Shown here: positions 9,925-17,774 of the stretch, piece after piece
How the letters are laid out: each line of letters begins with the position of its first letter
How positions within the stretch are numbered: the first letter of the stretch is position 1
DNA from: Acidimicrobiia bacterium
GTDB lineage: Bacteria; Actinomycetota; Acidimicrobiia; Spongiisociales; CAZKJJ01
Assembly: GCA_046759765.1 (NCBI GenBank)
Contig: JBHICV010000004.1
Location: forward strand, 1 to 41,995
Length of the DNA stretch: 41,995 nucleotides
Reading direction: 5' to 3'
Program-made: the position numbers and the translations under genes
Notes under the pieces: generated by a model
Told to the model about the DNA's origin: nothing
Databases searched by the model: none
Seen by the model: the letters and a program-made list of their open reading frames with translations, nothing else

Positions 9925-10650
9925 ATGGCTTTGAGTCCGTTCGACGTCGAGCACAAGACGTTTCGTACTTCGCTCCGCGGCTACACCGAGGAAGAGGTCG
10001 ACGAATTCCTGGACGAAGTGGTGGCGTCGCTCCGAGAGTACGAGCAGAGACTTCGCGAAGCGTCAGAGCAGGTTGGTGTGCTGGAGAGTGAGCTGGAGGC
10101 GTCACGCGAAGCCGAGACGGCGATACGGCGGACGTTCATTGCTGCGCAGCGAACCGCTGACCAGATGATCGAAGAGGCTCAAGTAGAAGCGAAGAAGATT
10201 CTGGCGGACGCGCGGTCCGAGGCCGTCGAGAACGAAGCCGATCGCATTCGGGTGCGGGAGGAGACCCAGGCCGAGATTGACGGGATGCGGCAGGCAGTCA
10301 CTGACCTCAAGGAGCTGATGCAGAAGCTGGTTGATGACGTCTTCGCGGAGGCGGAGGTGATCGAGGGCTCGATCACAGAGGTGGCCGCCACTCACGACCT
10401 CGATCGCGAGTTCGACATCCCGGCGCTGGTTGCCGAGGAGGGCGAGGACGACATCGAGTATTACGACGACGGGTTGGAGATTTCAGAAGAAGACGAGGCT
10501 CCTGACGTCTCCGAGGCGGCTGACCTAACCGACGAGGAGGTCACAGAGGAACCCGACGACGTCCAGGTCGACCTCGATGACGAGCCCGAGCCGGCGGCCC
10601 ATAGGTCGAGACCACGGCGCCCTTGGGAAAGGGATACGTCAGACGACTGA
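9925..10650 (+). CDS. divIVA: DivIVA/Wag31 polar growth scaffold
   Basis: LSPFDVEHKTFRTSLRGYTEEEVDEFLD DivIVA domain, coiled coil and acidic tail; SD before ATG 9925. Confidence 0.93.
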   Translation: MALSPFDVEHKTFRTSLRGYTEEEVDEFLDEVVASLREYEQRLREASEQVGVLESELEASREAETAIRRTFIAAQRTADQMIEEAQVEAKKILADARSEAVENEADRIRVREETQAEIDGMRQAVTDLKELMQKLVDDVFAEAEVIEGSITEVAATHDLDREFDIPALVAEEGEDDIEYYDDGLEISEEDEAPDVSEAADLTDEEVTEEPDDVQVDLDDEPEPAAHRSRPRRPWERDTSDD

Positions 10651-13600
10651 GATGGAGATCCCGACTGCCTGACCTCCGACGTGGAAGGAGCGATCGTCCA
10701 TCTTCGAGCGGGTGAAGGTATGCGCGAGGACCTCTCCTGAGATCCATTCCTTGTGCGCTTCGATGGCGTCGGCCAGCACGTCGGAGGCCGTGTCCCATCC
10801 GAGCGCGATCCTATCTGTGACGTCGAGCGAGGAATCTCGTCTCATCTGCTGAACCCGATTGACAAACTCGCGGGCAAGACCCTCGGCGACGAGCTCCGGG
10901 GTCAGCGACGTGTCGAGAGCGACGGAGACCGATCCTTCGGCGGCGACGACGAGGCCGGCCTTGGCCACCCTCGTCACGACGATGTCATCTGTTGTTACCA
11001 CATGATCGTCGAGGTCGATGCTCCCACCGTCGAGGATCGACCTGATCGCGTCCGAGTCCAGATCCGAGATTGCTCTTGCCACACCCTTGGTGTCGCGCCC
11101 GAGGCGCGGACCCAGGGCTTTGAAGTTGGCCTTGGCGGCAAAGCTCACGAAGGCAGACTCGTCGGCGGTGGTCCTTATTTCCTTGACATTGAGCTCGTCC
11201 GAGACCAGCTCTAGGTGGTTCTCCATCGCATCGGTCACGGATTGGTCGCGAGTCGCGATGGTCAGCGTTTGAAGCGGCTGCCGGACCTTGATTTCGGCCT
11301 GCTTGCGCAGGCTGTGGCCAAGTCGGACGACCTTCCGAACGTGGGACATCGTTCTCTCGAGATCAATGTCGATCTGCCCTGGGTGAGGGTCGGGAAAGTC
11401 ACAATGGTGCACGCTTGGGCGAACGTCCCGAGCGTCGCTCGCTTTGACGACCAGGTTTTGATACACGTACTCGCTGATGAACGGCGCCACCGGTGCCAGC
11501 ACGCGGGCGAAGGTATCCAGCACCTCGTAGAGCGTGGCGAACGCGGCGAGCTTGTCGACATCGTCTCCTGAACGGGGGCGCCAGAAGCGTCGCCGAGATC
11601 GCCGGATGTACCAGTTCGTCAGATCATCGATGAACCGCACCAGTGGAGGCACCACTGCATACAGGTAGTAGCCCTCCATCAGCTCGTTGACCTCACTGAC
11701 CAGGTTCTGGAGCACAGACAGGATCCATCGGTCAAGCTCGGGCCGCTCGGAAGGTTCCGGCGCCTTCCCCAGGTCGGCCGCCGTCACGCCGTCGGCTTCC
11801 GCGTAGGTAGCGAAGAACGAGTAGGCGTTCCAGAGTGGAAGAAGGACGTTGCGCACGACCCCTCGCACCCCCTCCTCCGAGAATCTGAGCGACTCGGCCC
11901 GGAGCAGTGGAGAACCCATCAGGTATATGCGGAGGGCGTCGGCTCCGTGCGTATCGAGAATGCGCCGCGGATCCGGGTAGTTCTTTAGTCGCTTGGACAG
12001 CTTCCTATCTTCTTCGTCGAGGATGATGCCGTTGACGACGCAGTTCTGAAATGCCTTCTCGGAGAACAGCGCGGTCGAGAGAATCATCAGCGTGTAGAAC
12101 CAACCGCGGGTCTGGTCGAGGCCCTCGGCGATGAAATCGGCGGGGAAGCGCCGACCAAAGCGATCCGCGTTCTCGAACGGATAGTGGATCTGCGCGTATG
12201 GCATCGAGCCGGCGTCGAACCAGGTGTCGAGGACCTCGGGAGTGCGCCGCATTACGCCTTCGCATTTCTGGCAAGCGAAGGTGATCAGATCGACGACGTG
12301 CTTGTGAAGATCGTCGGGGTGTTCTCCGGAGAGCTGCTCGAGCTCTTTTACTGATCCAACGCAGACCGACTCGTCGCACGAATCGCATAGCCAGACCGGG
12401 ATCGTCGTGCCCCAATACCGGTTCCGGGAGACCGCCCAGGGACGCGCGGTCTGCAGCCAGTTCCGAAACCGCCTGTTCCCAACGTACGCAGGGACCCAGT
12501 GGATATCCGCGTTGAGCCGGACCATCTCGCTGCGCAGGCTCACCACGTCCACGAACCAGGTGAGGATCGGCTTGTACATCAGCGGGGTGTGAGTTCGGGG
12601 ACAGAACGGGTACGAATGGCGGATGCGCTCCGATCGCACCAGATGGCCGCCCGCCGCGAGCAGGTCGATGAGCACCGGGTCCGCGTCCTTGATGTTCAGG
12701 CCGGCAACATCTGTCGCCTCGGAGATGAACCGACCCTCGGCATCGGTCGGGTCGACAATCGCCACGAGGTCGTTGGCCTGGGCCGCTTCGAAGTCCTCCT
12801 CCCCGTGGGCGGGTGCGATGTGAACGAGGCCGGTGCCTTCTGAGGTGACGACATCAGCGGAGGTGATCACCCGGAAGGCTCCCTGGCGGGCGAGAGATGA
12901 GAAGTAAGGAAACAGCGGCTCGTAGCGGCTTCCGATCATGTCGCGGCCCTCGGCGGTGGCCGTGATATCGGGTTCGTCCCAGTACTCGGCGGCCCGCTCG
13001 GCGGCGATCCAGGACCGCCCGGCACCGTCTTCGACCGCCACGTAAGAGATATCTTCCCCTACGGCGATGGCGAGATTGCCCGGCAGGGTCCAGGGCGTGG
13101 TGGTCCAGAGCAACAACCAGTCTCCCTCGGAGACCGGGCCGAGGCCTTCTGAAACGCGAGCGCGAACGGTGATCGAAGGGTCATCCACGTCCCGGTACTC
13201 CTCGCTGGCCTCCCAGTTAGAGAGAACGGTGGTGGCACCCCACGAGTACGGGACCACTTTGAAGTCTTGGTACACGAGGTCCCGTTTCCACAGCTCCGAG
13301 AAGACCCACCAGACGCTCTCCATGAACGAGAGGTCCATGGTCTTGTAGTCGTTCTCCATGTCGACCCACCGGCCAATCTTCCGGGTGATGATCTCCCACT
13401 CGGTAGCTGTCTCCTCCACCAGCTCCCGGCAGGCGGCGTTGAACCGATCGACGCCAAAGGCCTCGATCTGAGCAGGACCGTGAACGCCCAAGCTGCGCTC
13501 CACCTCGATCTCTACGGGAAGGCCGTGGGTATCCCATCCGAACTGCCGCTCTATTCGGTGTCCTCGCATCGTCCAGTAGCGAGGCACGATGTCCTTGAGA

Positions 13601-13812
13601 ATCCCGGCGAGGATGTGGCCGTAGTGAGGGCTACCGCTGGCGAAGGGGGGGCCGTCGTAGAACGTGTACTCGTTCTCTTCCGGGCGCGAGCTGATCGAAG
13701 CCTCGAAAGCCGAAATCTCATCCCACAACTGCAGGACCTCGTCCTCCAGCGCCGGAAAGTCGACATCGGGCTCGGGTCGGTGGAATGTTCCGTGTGATTT
13801 CTGCGTTTTCAT
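10639..13812 (-). CDS. ileS: Isoleucine--tRNA ligase, type 2
   Basis: YDGPPFASGSPHYGH (HIGH), GWDTHGLP, WTTTPWTLP editing motif, AEGLDQTRGWFY, KLSKRLKNY (KMSKS), type-2 C-terminus (EGLAREFVNRVQQMR). Start placed at ATG 13812. Confidence 0.96.
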   Translation of the reverse strand: MKTQKSHGTFHRPEPDVDFPALEDEVLQLWDEISAFEASISSRPEENEYTFYDGPPFASGSPHYGHILAGILKDIVPRYWTMRGHRIERQFGWDTHGLPVEIEVERSLGVHGPAQIEAFGVDRFNAACRELVEETATEWEIITRKIGRWVDMENDYKTMDLSFMESVWWVFSELWKRDLVYQDFKVVPYSWGATTVLSNWEASEEYRDVDDPSITVRARVSEGLGPVSEGDWLLLWTTTPWTLPGNLAIAVGEDISYVAVEDGAGRSWIAAERAAEYWDEPDITATAEGRDMIGSRYEPLFPYFSSLARQGAFRVITSADVVTSEGTGLVHIAPAHGEEDFEAAQANDLVAIVDPTDAEGRFISEATDVAGLNIKDADPVLIDLLAAGGHLVRSERIRHSYPFCPRTHTPLMYKPILTWFVDVVSLRSEMVRLNADIHWVPAYVGNRRFRNWLQTARPWAVSRNRYWGTTIPVWLCDSCDESVCVGSVKELEQLSGEHPDDLHKHVVDLITFACQKCEGVMRRTPEVLDTWFDAGSMPYAQIHYPFENADRFGRRFPADFIAEGLDQTRGWFYTLMILSTALFSEKAFQNCVVNGIILDEEDRKLSKRLKNYPDPRRILDTHGADALRIYLMGSPLLRAESLRFSEEGVRGVVRNVLLPLWNAYSFFATYAEADGVTAADLGKAPEPSERPELDRWILSVLQNLVSEVNELMEGYYLYAVVPPLVRFIDDLTNWYIRRSRRRFWRPRSGDDVDKLAAFATLYEVLDTFARVLAPVAPFISEYVYQNLVVKASDARDVRPSVHHCDFPDPHPGQIDIDLERTMSHVRKVVRLGHSLRKQAEIKVRQPLQTLTIATRDQSVTDAMENHLELVSDELNVKEIRTTADESAFVSFAAKANFKALGPRLGRDTKGVARAISDLDSDAIRSILDGGSIDLDDHVVTTDDIVVTRVAKAGLVVAAEGSVSVALDTSLTPELVAEGLAREFVNRVQQMRRDSSLDVTDRIALGWDTASDVLADAIEAHKEWISGEVLAHTFTRSKMDDRSFHVGGQAVGISISVV

Positions 13813-13919
13813 CGAGCTGCCGACGATAGCGCGGTACCCCGCGGGCTCCGCGGAAGCGGATAGCCCAACTCCCGCGGCCCCGCTGCTATCTTGCCCGGTT
13901 CGTAGACAGGATCCCCCAC

Positions 13920-14288
13920 TTGGCTCGACAACTCGCAGATTCCACCGTTGATCGTTTTCGGCGCAGGCTGGCCGACGAGCGCGACCGACTAAGCGCTCTC
14001 CTCGAGGAGCACGAACAGGAGCGCGAGGAAGCAAGACTGTCCGAAACATCTGCGGAGCGCACTCCCGACCCCAACACAGCCGAGGGCGGCTCGATGGCGT
14101 TCGAGTTCGAGAAGGATCTCTCGATCGACGCCAACGCCGAGGATCTTCTCCGCAAGGTCGAACACGCCCTGGAGCGGGTAGACGCCGGCACTTATGGGAT
14201 CTGTGAGAATTGTGGCAACCCCATCCCGGTCGCTCGCTTAACCGCCCTCCCATATGCCAGTCTCGACGTCGAGTGCGCTCGACGCTGA
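13920..14288 (+). CDS. TraR/DksA C4-type zinc finger protein
   Basis: Coiled coil, then HALERVDAGTYGICENCGNPIPVARLTALPYASLDVEC. TTG start with AGGA upstream; candidate -10 TATCTT at 13887-13892. Confidence 0.9.
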   Translation: MARQLADSTVDRFRRRLADERDRLSALLEEHEQEREEARLSETSAERTPDPNTAEGGSMAFEFEKDLSIDANAEDLLRKVEHALERVDAGTYGICENCGNPIPVARLTALPYASLDVECARR

Positions 14289-14737
14289 CCCCCCGGCGAG
14301 CAACCCTTCTCATCGCGGCCGGCGTTGTCGCCCTCGACCAGATCACAAAGGTGTGGGCTTCTTCGGCACTGGCCGATGGGCCCGTGGTTTTGGTGCGAGG
14401 CGTTCTCGCGCTGCAGCTGAACACGAACACCGGCGCAGCCTTCGGGTTCTTCCGCGGAGGCGGGTCTTTGATCGCCATCGCAGCGATCGTGGCCGTCGTC
14501 CTGATTCTTCGCATCAGCGCGGACAGCGTCGGGGTTCTCGAGGTCACGGGGCTGGGTCTGATTCTCGGAGGGGCCATCGGCAACTTGGCCGATCGGGTCA
14601 CGCGGGGTGATGGACTGCTCGATGGGGCGGTGGTCGACTGGATACAGCTCCCGAACTTTCCCACGTTCAACGTCGCCGATGCCGCCATTACGATCGGAGC
14701 TGTTCTCTTGATCCTGGGGGCTTTACGGAAATCCTGA
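14273..14737 (+). CDS. lspA: Lipoprotein signal peptidase II
   Basis: LDQITK, NTGAAFG, GGAIGNLADR, VVDWI, FNVADAAI. GTG start at 14273. Confidence 0.95.
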   Translation: MRSTLTPRRATLLIAAGVVALDQITKVWASSALADGPVVLVRGVLALQLNTNTGAAFGFFRGGGSLIAIAAIVAVVLILRISADSVGVLEVTGLGLILGGAIGNLADRVTRGDGLLDGAVVDWIQLPNFPTFNVADAAITIGAVLLILGALRKS

Positions 14738-14772
14738 ATCTGGAGCTTCCGAAGGACCTTGACGGGCAGCGG

Positions 14773-15636
14773 TTGGACCGGGTCGTGGCGCAGCTCTCCG
14801 GCCTTAGTCGTGCAGAGGCAAAGGCCTTAGTGCTGGCGGGCGCCGTGACGGTCAAGGGGAAGGTCGGCCGACCCACCGACGCGCCCCAGGCCGGGGACGC
14901 AATCGAGATCCGGCTCCCTGAGCCAAGCATTCAGCTGGAGGCTGAGCCAGTACCGTTCGAAGTGCGCTTTGAGGACAGCCATGTCGCCGTGGTCGACAAG
15001 CCATCCGGTGTCGTCAGCCACCCGGGAGCGGGTACAAGCCACGGGACTCTGGCGTCAGGGATCCTCCACCGATGGCCTCAGGTCTTCGGCATCGGCGACC
15101 CCGATCGGTGGGGACTCATCCACCGGTTGGACCGCGAGACATCAGGCTTGCTGCTCGTCGCGCTGACCCCACTGGCAATGGAGAGAATGCGCCGCGATCT
15201 TGCAGCCAGGGAGATCACCCGGACCTACGACGCCCTCGCACACGGGCACTTCGAGGCCCGAACCGGGACGATCGACGCACCGATTGGGCGAGATGCCACA
15301 AGACCGACTCGCATGGCCGTGGACGCCCACGGCAAGCCCGCCCGCACGCACTACCGAGTCGAGGAGGCCTTCAGTAATCCTTCCGTCAGCCGTCTCAGCG
15401 TGACTTTGGAAACCGGCCGCACCCACCAGATCCGTGTTCACCTTGCCTCCATCTCGCATCCATTGGTGGGCGATGCCGTCTACGGCCCGCCCCGGCAGCC
15501 AGACCCGGGACGCGTCTGGCTTCACTCTCGATCAATCGTCTTCAGACATCCCGAGAGCCAGGAGTGGATCGATGTTTCGTCGCCTCTCCCCGACGAGCTC
15601 GAGAGCTCGCTGGCGGAGCTCCACGCTCAGACGTGA
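14773..15636 (+). CDS. rluD: RluA family (RluD-like) pseudouridine synthase with S4 domain; true start probably upstream (14725-14740)
   Basis: VVDKPSG, HRLDRETSG catalytic motif, LETGRTHQIRVH, HPLVGDAVYG; lspA-rluD gene order. Confidence 0.9.
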   Translation: MDRVVAQLSGLSRAEAKALVLAGAVTVKGKVGRPTDAPQAGDAIEIRLPEPSIQLEAEPVPFEVRFEDSHVAVVDKPSGVVSHPGAGTSHGTLASGILHRWPQVFGIGDPDRWGLIHRLDRETSGLLLVALTPLAMERMRRDLAAREITRTYDALAHGHFEARTGTIDAPIGRDATRPTRMAVDAHGKPARTHYRVEEAFSNPSVSRLSVTLETGRTHQIRVHLASISHPLVGDAVYGPPRQPDPGRVWLHSRSIVFRHPESQEWIDVSSPLPDELESSLAELHAQT

Positions 15637-16859
15637 GGGCCGAGCCCGCTCGAGGGCAGCCCCGAGATGTCGGGAGGAAAGATGAGATCCAGGGTCCAGT
15701 CGAACGCCACGCGCACCTTTCTGGACCAGGTCGGGAGTCGCGCCAAGTAATAAGACCGCCACATGAACCAGGCCGGTACGCCGGTGACCGGAACGCCGAA
15801 GACAACGCCCACCGCGTGTCGGTGACCAAGCGACACCAACTGGCCCTTAGACCGATACGAAAAGGGCGGTGCCGACTTGCCCGCGATGAGCGCAGGCAAG
15901 TTCCGTCCCAGATAACGCCCTTGCCTGAGCGCGTTCTGGGCGGTCGGGGCGCAAATACCCCCGTAACCATCCGGAACCGCGGCGGAGTCGCCGGCCGCAA
16001 ATATCCCGTCGTCCGCACGCAGCCGATCATCGACAACGAGCCGCCGGCCCTCGGTGGCCAGACCTAGCTGTCGGGTAAGGGGGTGAGCTTCGACCCCGGC
16101 CGACCAGACGACCGTTGCGGCCGCCACTCGTGTGTCGTCCGCAAGGACCACCCCCCGGTCGTCCACCGAGGCCACCGGCGTACCCAAAGTGAGCTCGACA
16201 CCACTTCGCACGAGACTTCTCCTCGCGGCCTCCTGTGCGGATCGCGGCAAACCTGCCAAGGGCTGGTCGACGGCGTCGATCAAACTCACCCGGGGTGGGG
16301 GTGCCGTGGGGTAGAAGCGAGTCCTGGCCCGGGAGAGAAAATCTGCCAAGGCTGCGGTTATCTCGGCGCCCGAATAGGCGGCCCCGACGATCGCCACTGA
16401 CAAGAGACTCTCCTCGCCCGTTTGAGCCGCGGTCTCGAGCAGGGCCACGAGCCGGTTACGAATGGTCAGGGCGTCGGAGATTGTCTTGAACGGAATGGCA
16501 TGGTCGCGCACCCCTGCCACACCATGGTCGGAGGACACCGATCCGAGGGCCAGGACCACCGCGTCGGCCTCCAGCTCCTGCACGCGCTGCCCGACCTTGG
16601 TCGAGAGCATGACCCGCTTTGCAGCTGTGTCGATACCGGTGACCGTTCCGAGCGCGAGCCGTGCCTGCGGACTCATCTCGCGGATCGGGCTCGTTATATG
16701 TCGCGGGTCGAGGTCTCCCGCCGCTACCTCGGCCAGCATGGGCGTGAACAGCAGATAGTTGTCGTCCGAAACCAAGGTGACGTCGACGGCGTCCGACATC
16801 CGGCGCGCGGCCTCCACTCCCGCGTACCCGCCTCCGACGACGATTGCACTCGCCCTCAC
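15627..16859 (-). CDS. Type II NADH dehydrogenase-like FAD-dependent oxidoreductase
   Basis: VVGGGYAG, LFTPMLAEVAAG, second Rossmann IVGAAYSGAE, FAAGDSA, PTAQNALRQG, AWFMWRSYYL. Confidence 0.88.
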   Translation of the reverse strand: MRASAIVVGGGYAGVEAARRMSDAVDVTLVSDDNYLLFTPMLAEVAAGDLDPRHITSPIREMSPQARLALGTVTGIDTAAKRVMLSTKVGQRVQELEADAVVLALGSVSSDHGVAGVRDHAIPFKTISDALTIRNRLVALLETAAQTGEESLLSVAIVGAAYSGAEITAALADFLSRARTRFYPTAPPPRVSLIDAVDQPLAGLPRSAQEAARRSLVRSGVELTLGTPVASVDDRGVVLADDTRVAAATVVWSAGVEAHPLTRQLGLATEGRRLVVDDRLRADDGIFAAGDSAAVPDGYGGICAPTAQNALRQGRYLGRNLPALIAGKSAPPFSYRSKGQLVSLGHRHAVGVVFGVPVTGVPAWFMWRSYYLARLPTWSRKVRVAFDWTLDLIFPPDISGLPSSGLGPHV

Positions 16860-16909
16860 CGGTCAGGTTCCCGCACTGGACAAAACCGCCCGCCGTATAA
16901 CCTGGGAAG

Positions 16910-17731
16910 GTGAGCGTCAGCCACCCCGCCTCCACCGTCTGCTACCGGCATCCCGACCGTTCCACGTATCTGAGATGCTCCAACTGCGATCGCCCGATCT
17001 GCATGGAGTGCACCAATGACGTGCCGGTCGGCCAGAAATGCCCCGAGTGCGCGGCTCCTGCGGAGGCGGCCCGAAAGGCCTCGACACGACAGCTCCGACG
17101 CGCGGCGGCTCCCGCCACGATCGTGCTCATGGCCATCTCGATCCTCGTGTTCCTGGCCCCGATGCTCATTCCCGATCTCGACGTCCTGGACCTACGCGCC
17201 CGGTTCGGCCAATTCAACCTGGCGGTAGCCGCCGGTGAGTGGTGGCGGATCTTCACCGCCGGCTTCCTGCACGGCGGAATGATCCATTTGCTGTTCAACA
17301 TGTGGGCGCTATGGATCTTCGGCAAACCCCTGGAGACTCAGATCGGATCGGCTTCTTTCGTTTCGTTGTATTTGGCTTCGGCCGTCGCCGGCGGTGCTGC
17401 CGCGTTCCTTCTCACCGACCCCCGAGTGACGGTAGTCGGCGCTTCCGGCGCCATCTTCGGCCTGTTCGGAGCCTGGCTCTACTCCAGCTACCGCACCCGG
17501 CATACCAGGATCGGGAGCGCCCAGTTCCGCAACCTTTTAGTGCTGCTGGGCCTCAACGTGTTCCTGTCGATCTCGGTGCCGGCGATCTCATGGCAGGGGC
17601 ACGCGGGCGGTCTAGCGGCCGGATTTGCCATCGCCGCTCTATGGTCCCGATCGCCCCAGACGACCACAGTGCGAGTCCTCGAGGCGGCTGCCGTCGGAGG
17701 CATCGCACTGGCACTCGTCCTCATCTCCTGA
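16910..17731 (+). CDS. Rhomboid intramembrane serine protease with N-terminal Cys/His zinc-binding domain
   Basis: EWWRIFTAGFLH, HLLFNM, GASG (catalytic Ser), SWQGHAGG (catalytic His); N-terminal CYRHP..CSNC..PICMEC..CPEC. Confidence 0.93.
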   Translation: MSVSHPASTVCYRHPDRSTYLRCSNCDRPICMECTNDVPVGQKCPECAAPAEAARKASTRQLRRAAAPATIVLMAISILVFLAPMLIPDLDVLDLRARFGQFNLAVAAGEWWRIFTAGFLHGGMIHLLFNMWALWIFGKPLETQIGSASFVSLYLASAVAGGAAAFLLTDPRVTVVGASGAIFGLFGAWLYSSYRTRHTRIGSAQFRNLLVLLGLNVFLSISVPAISWQGHAGGLAAGFAIAALWSRSPQTTTVRVLEAAAVGGIALALVLIS

Positions 17732-17774
17732 GATTGAGGACGCTGTTAAGGTCAGAATCCCAAACGTGTGATTC

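Noticed and set aside
13813..14688. 292-codon N-terminal extension of ileS in the ORF track (1349 aa)
   Set aside because: It runs antisense across the dksA-like gene and lspA and has no IleRS similarity; open-frame artefact of high GC.
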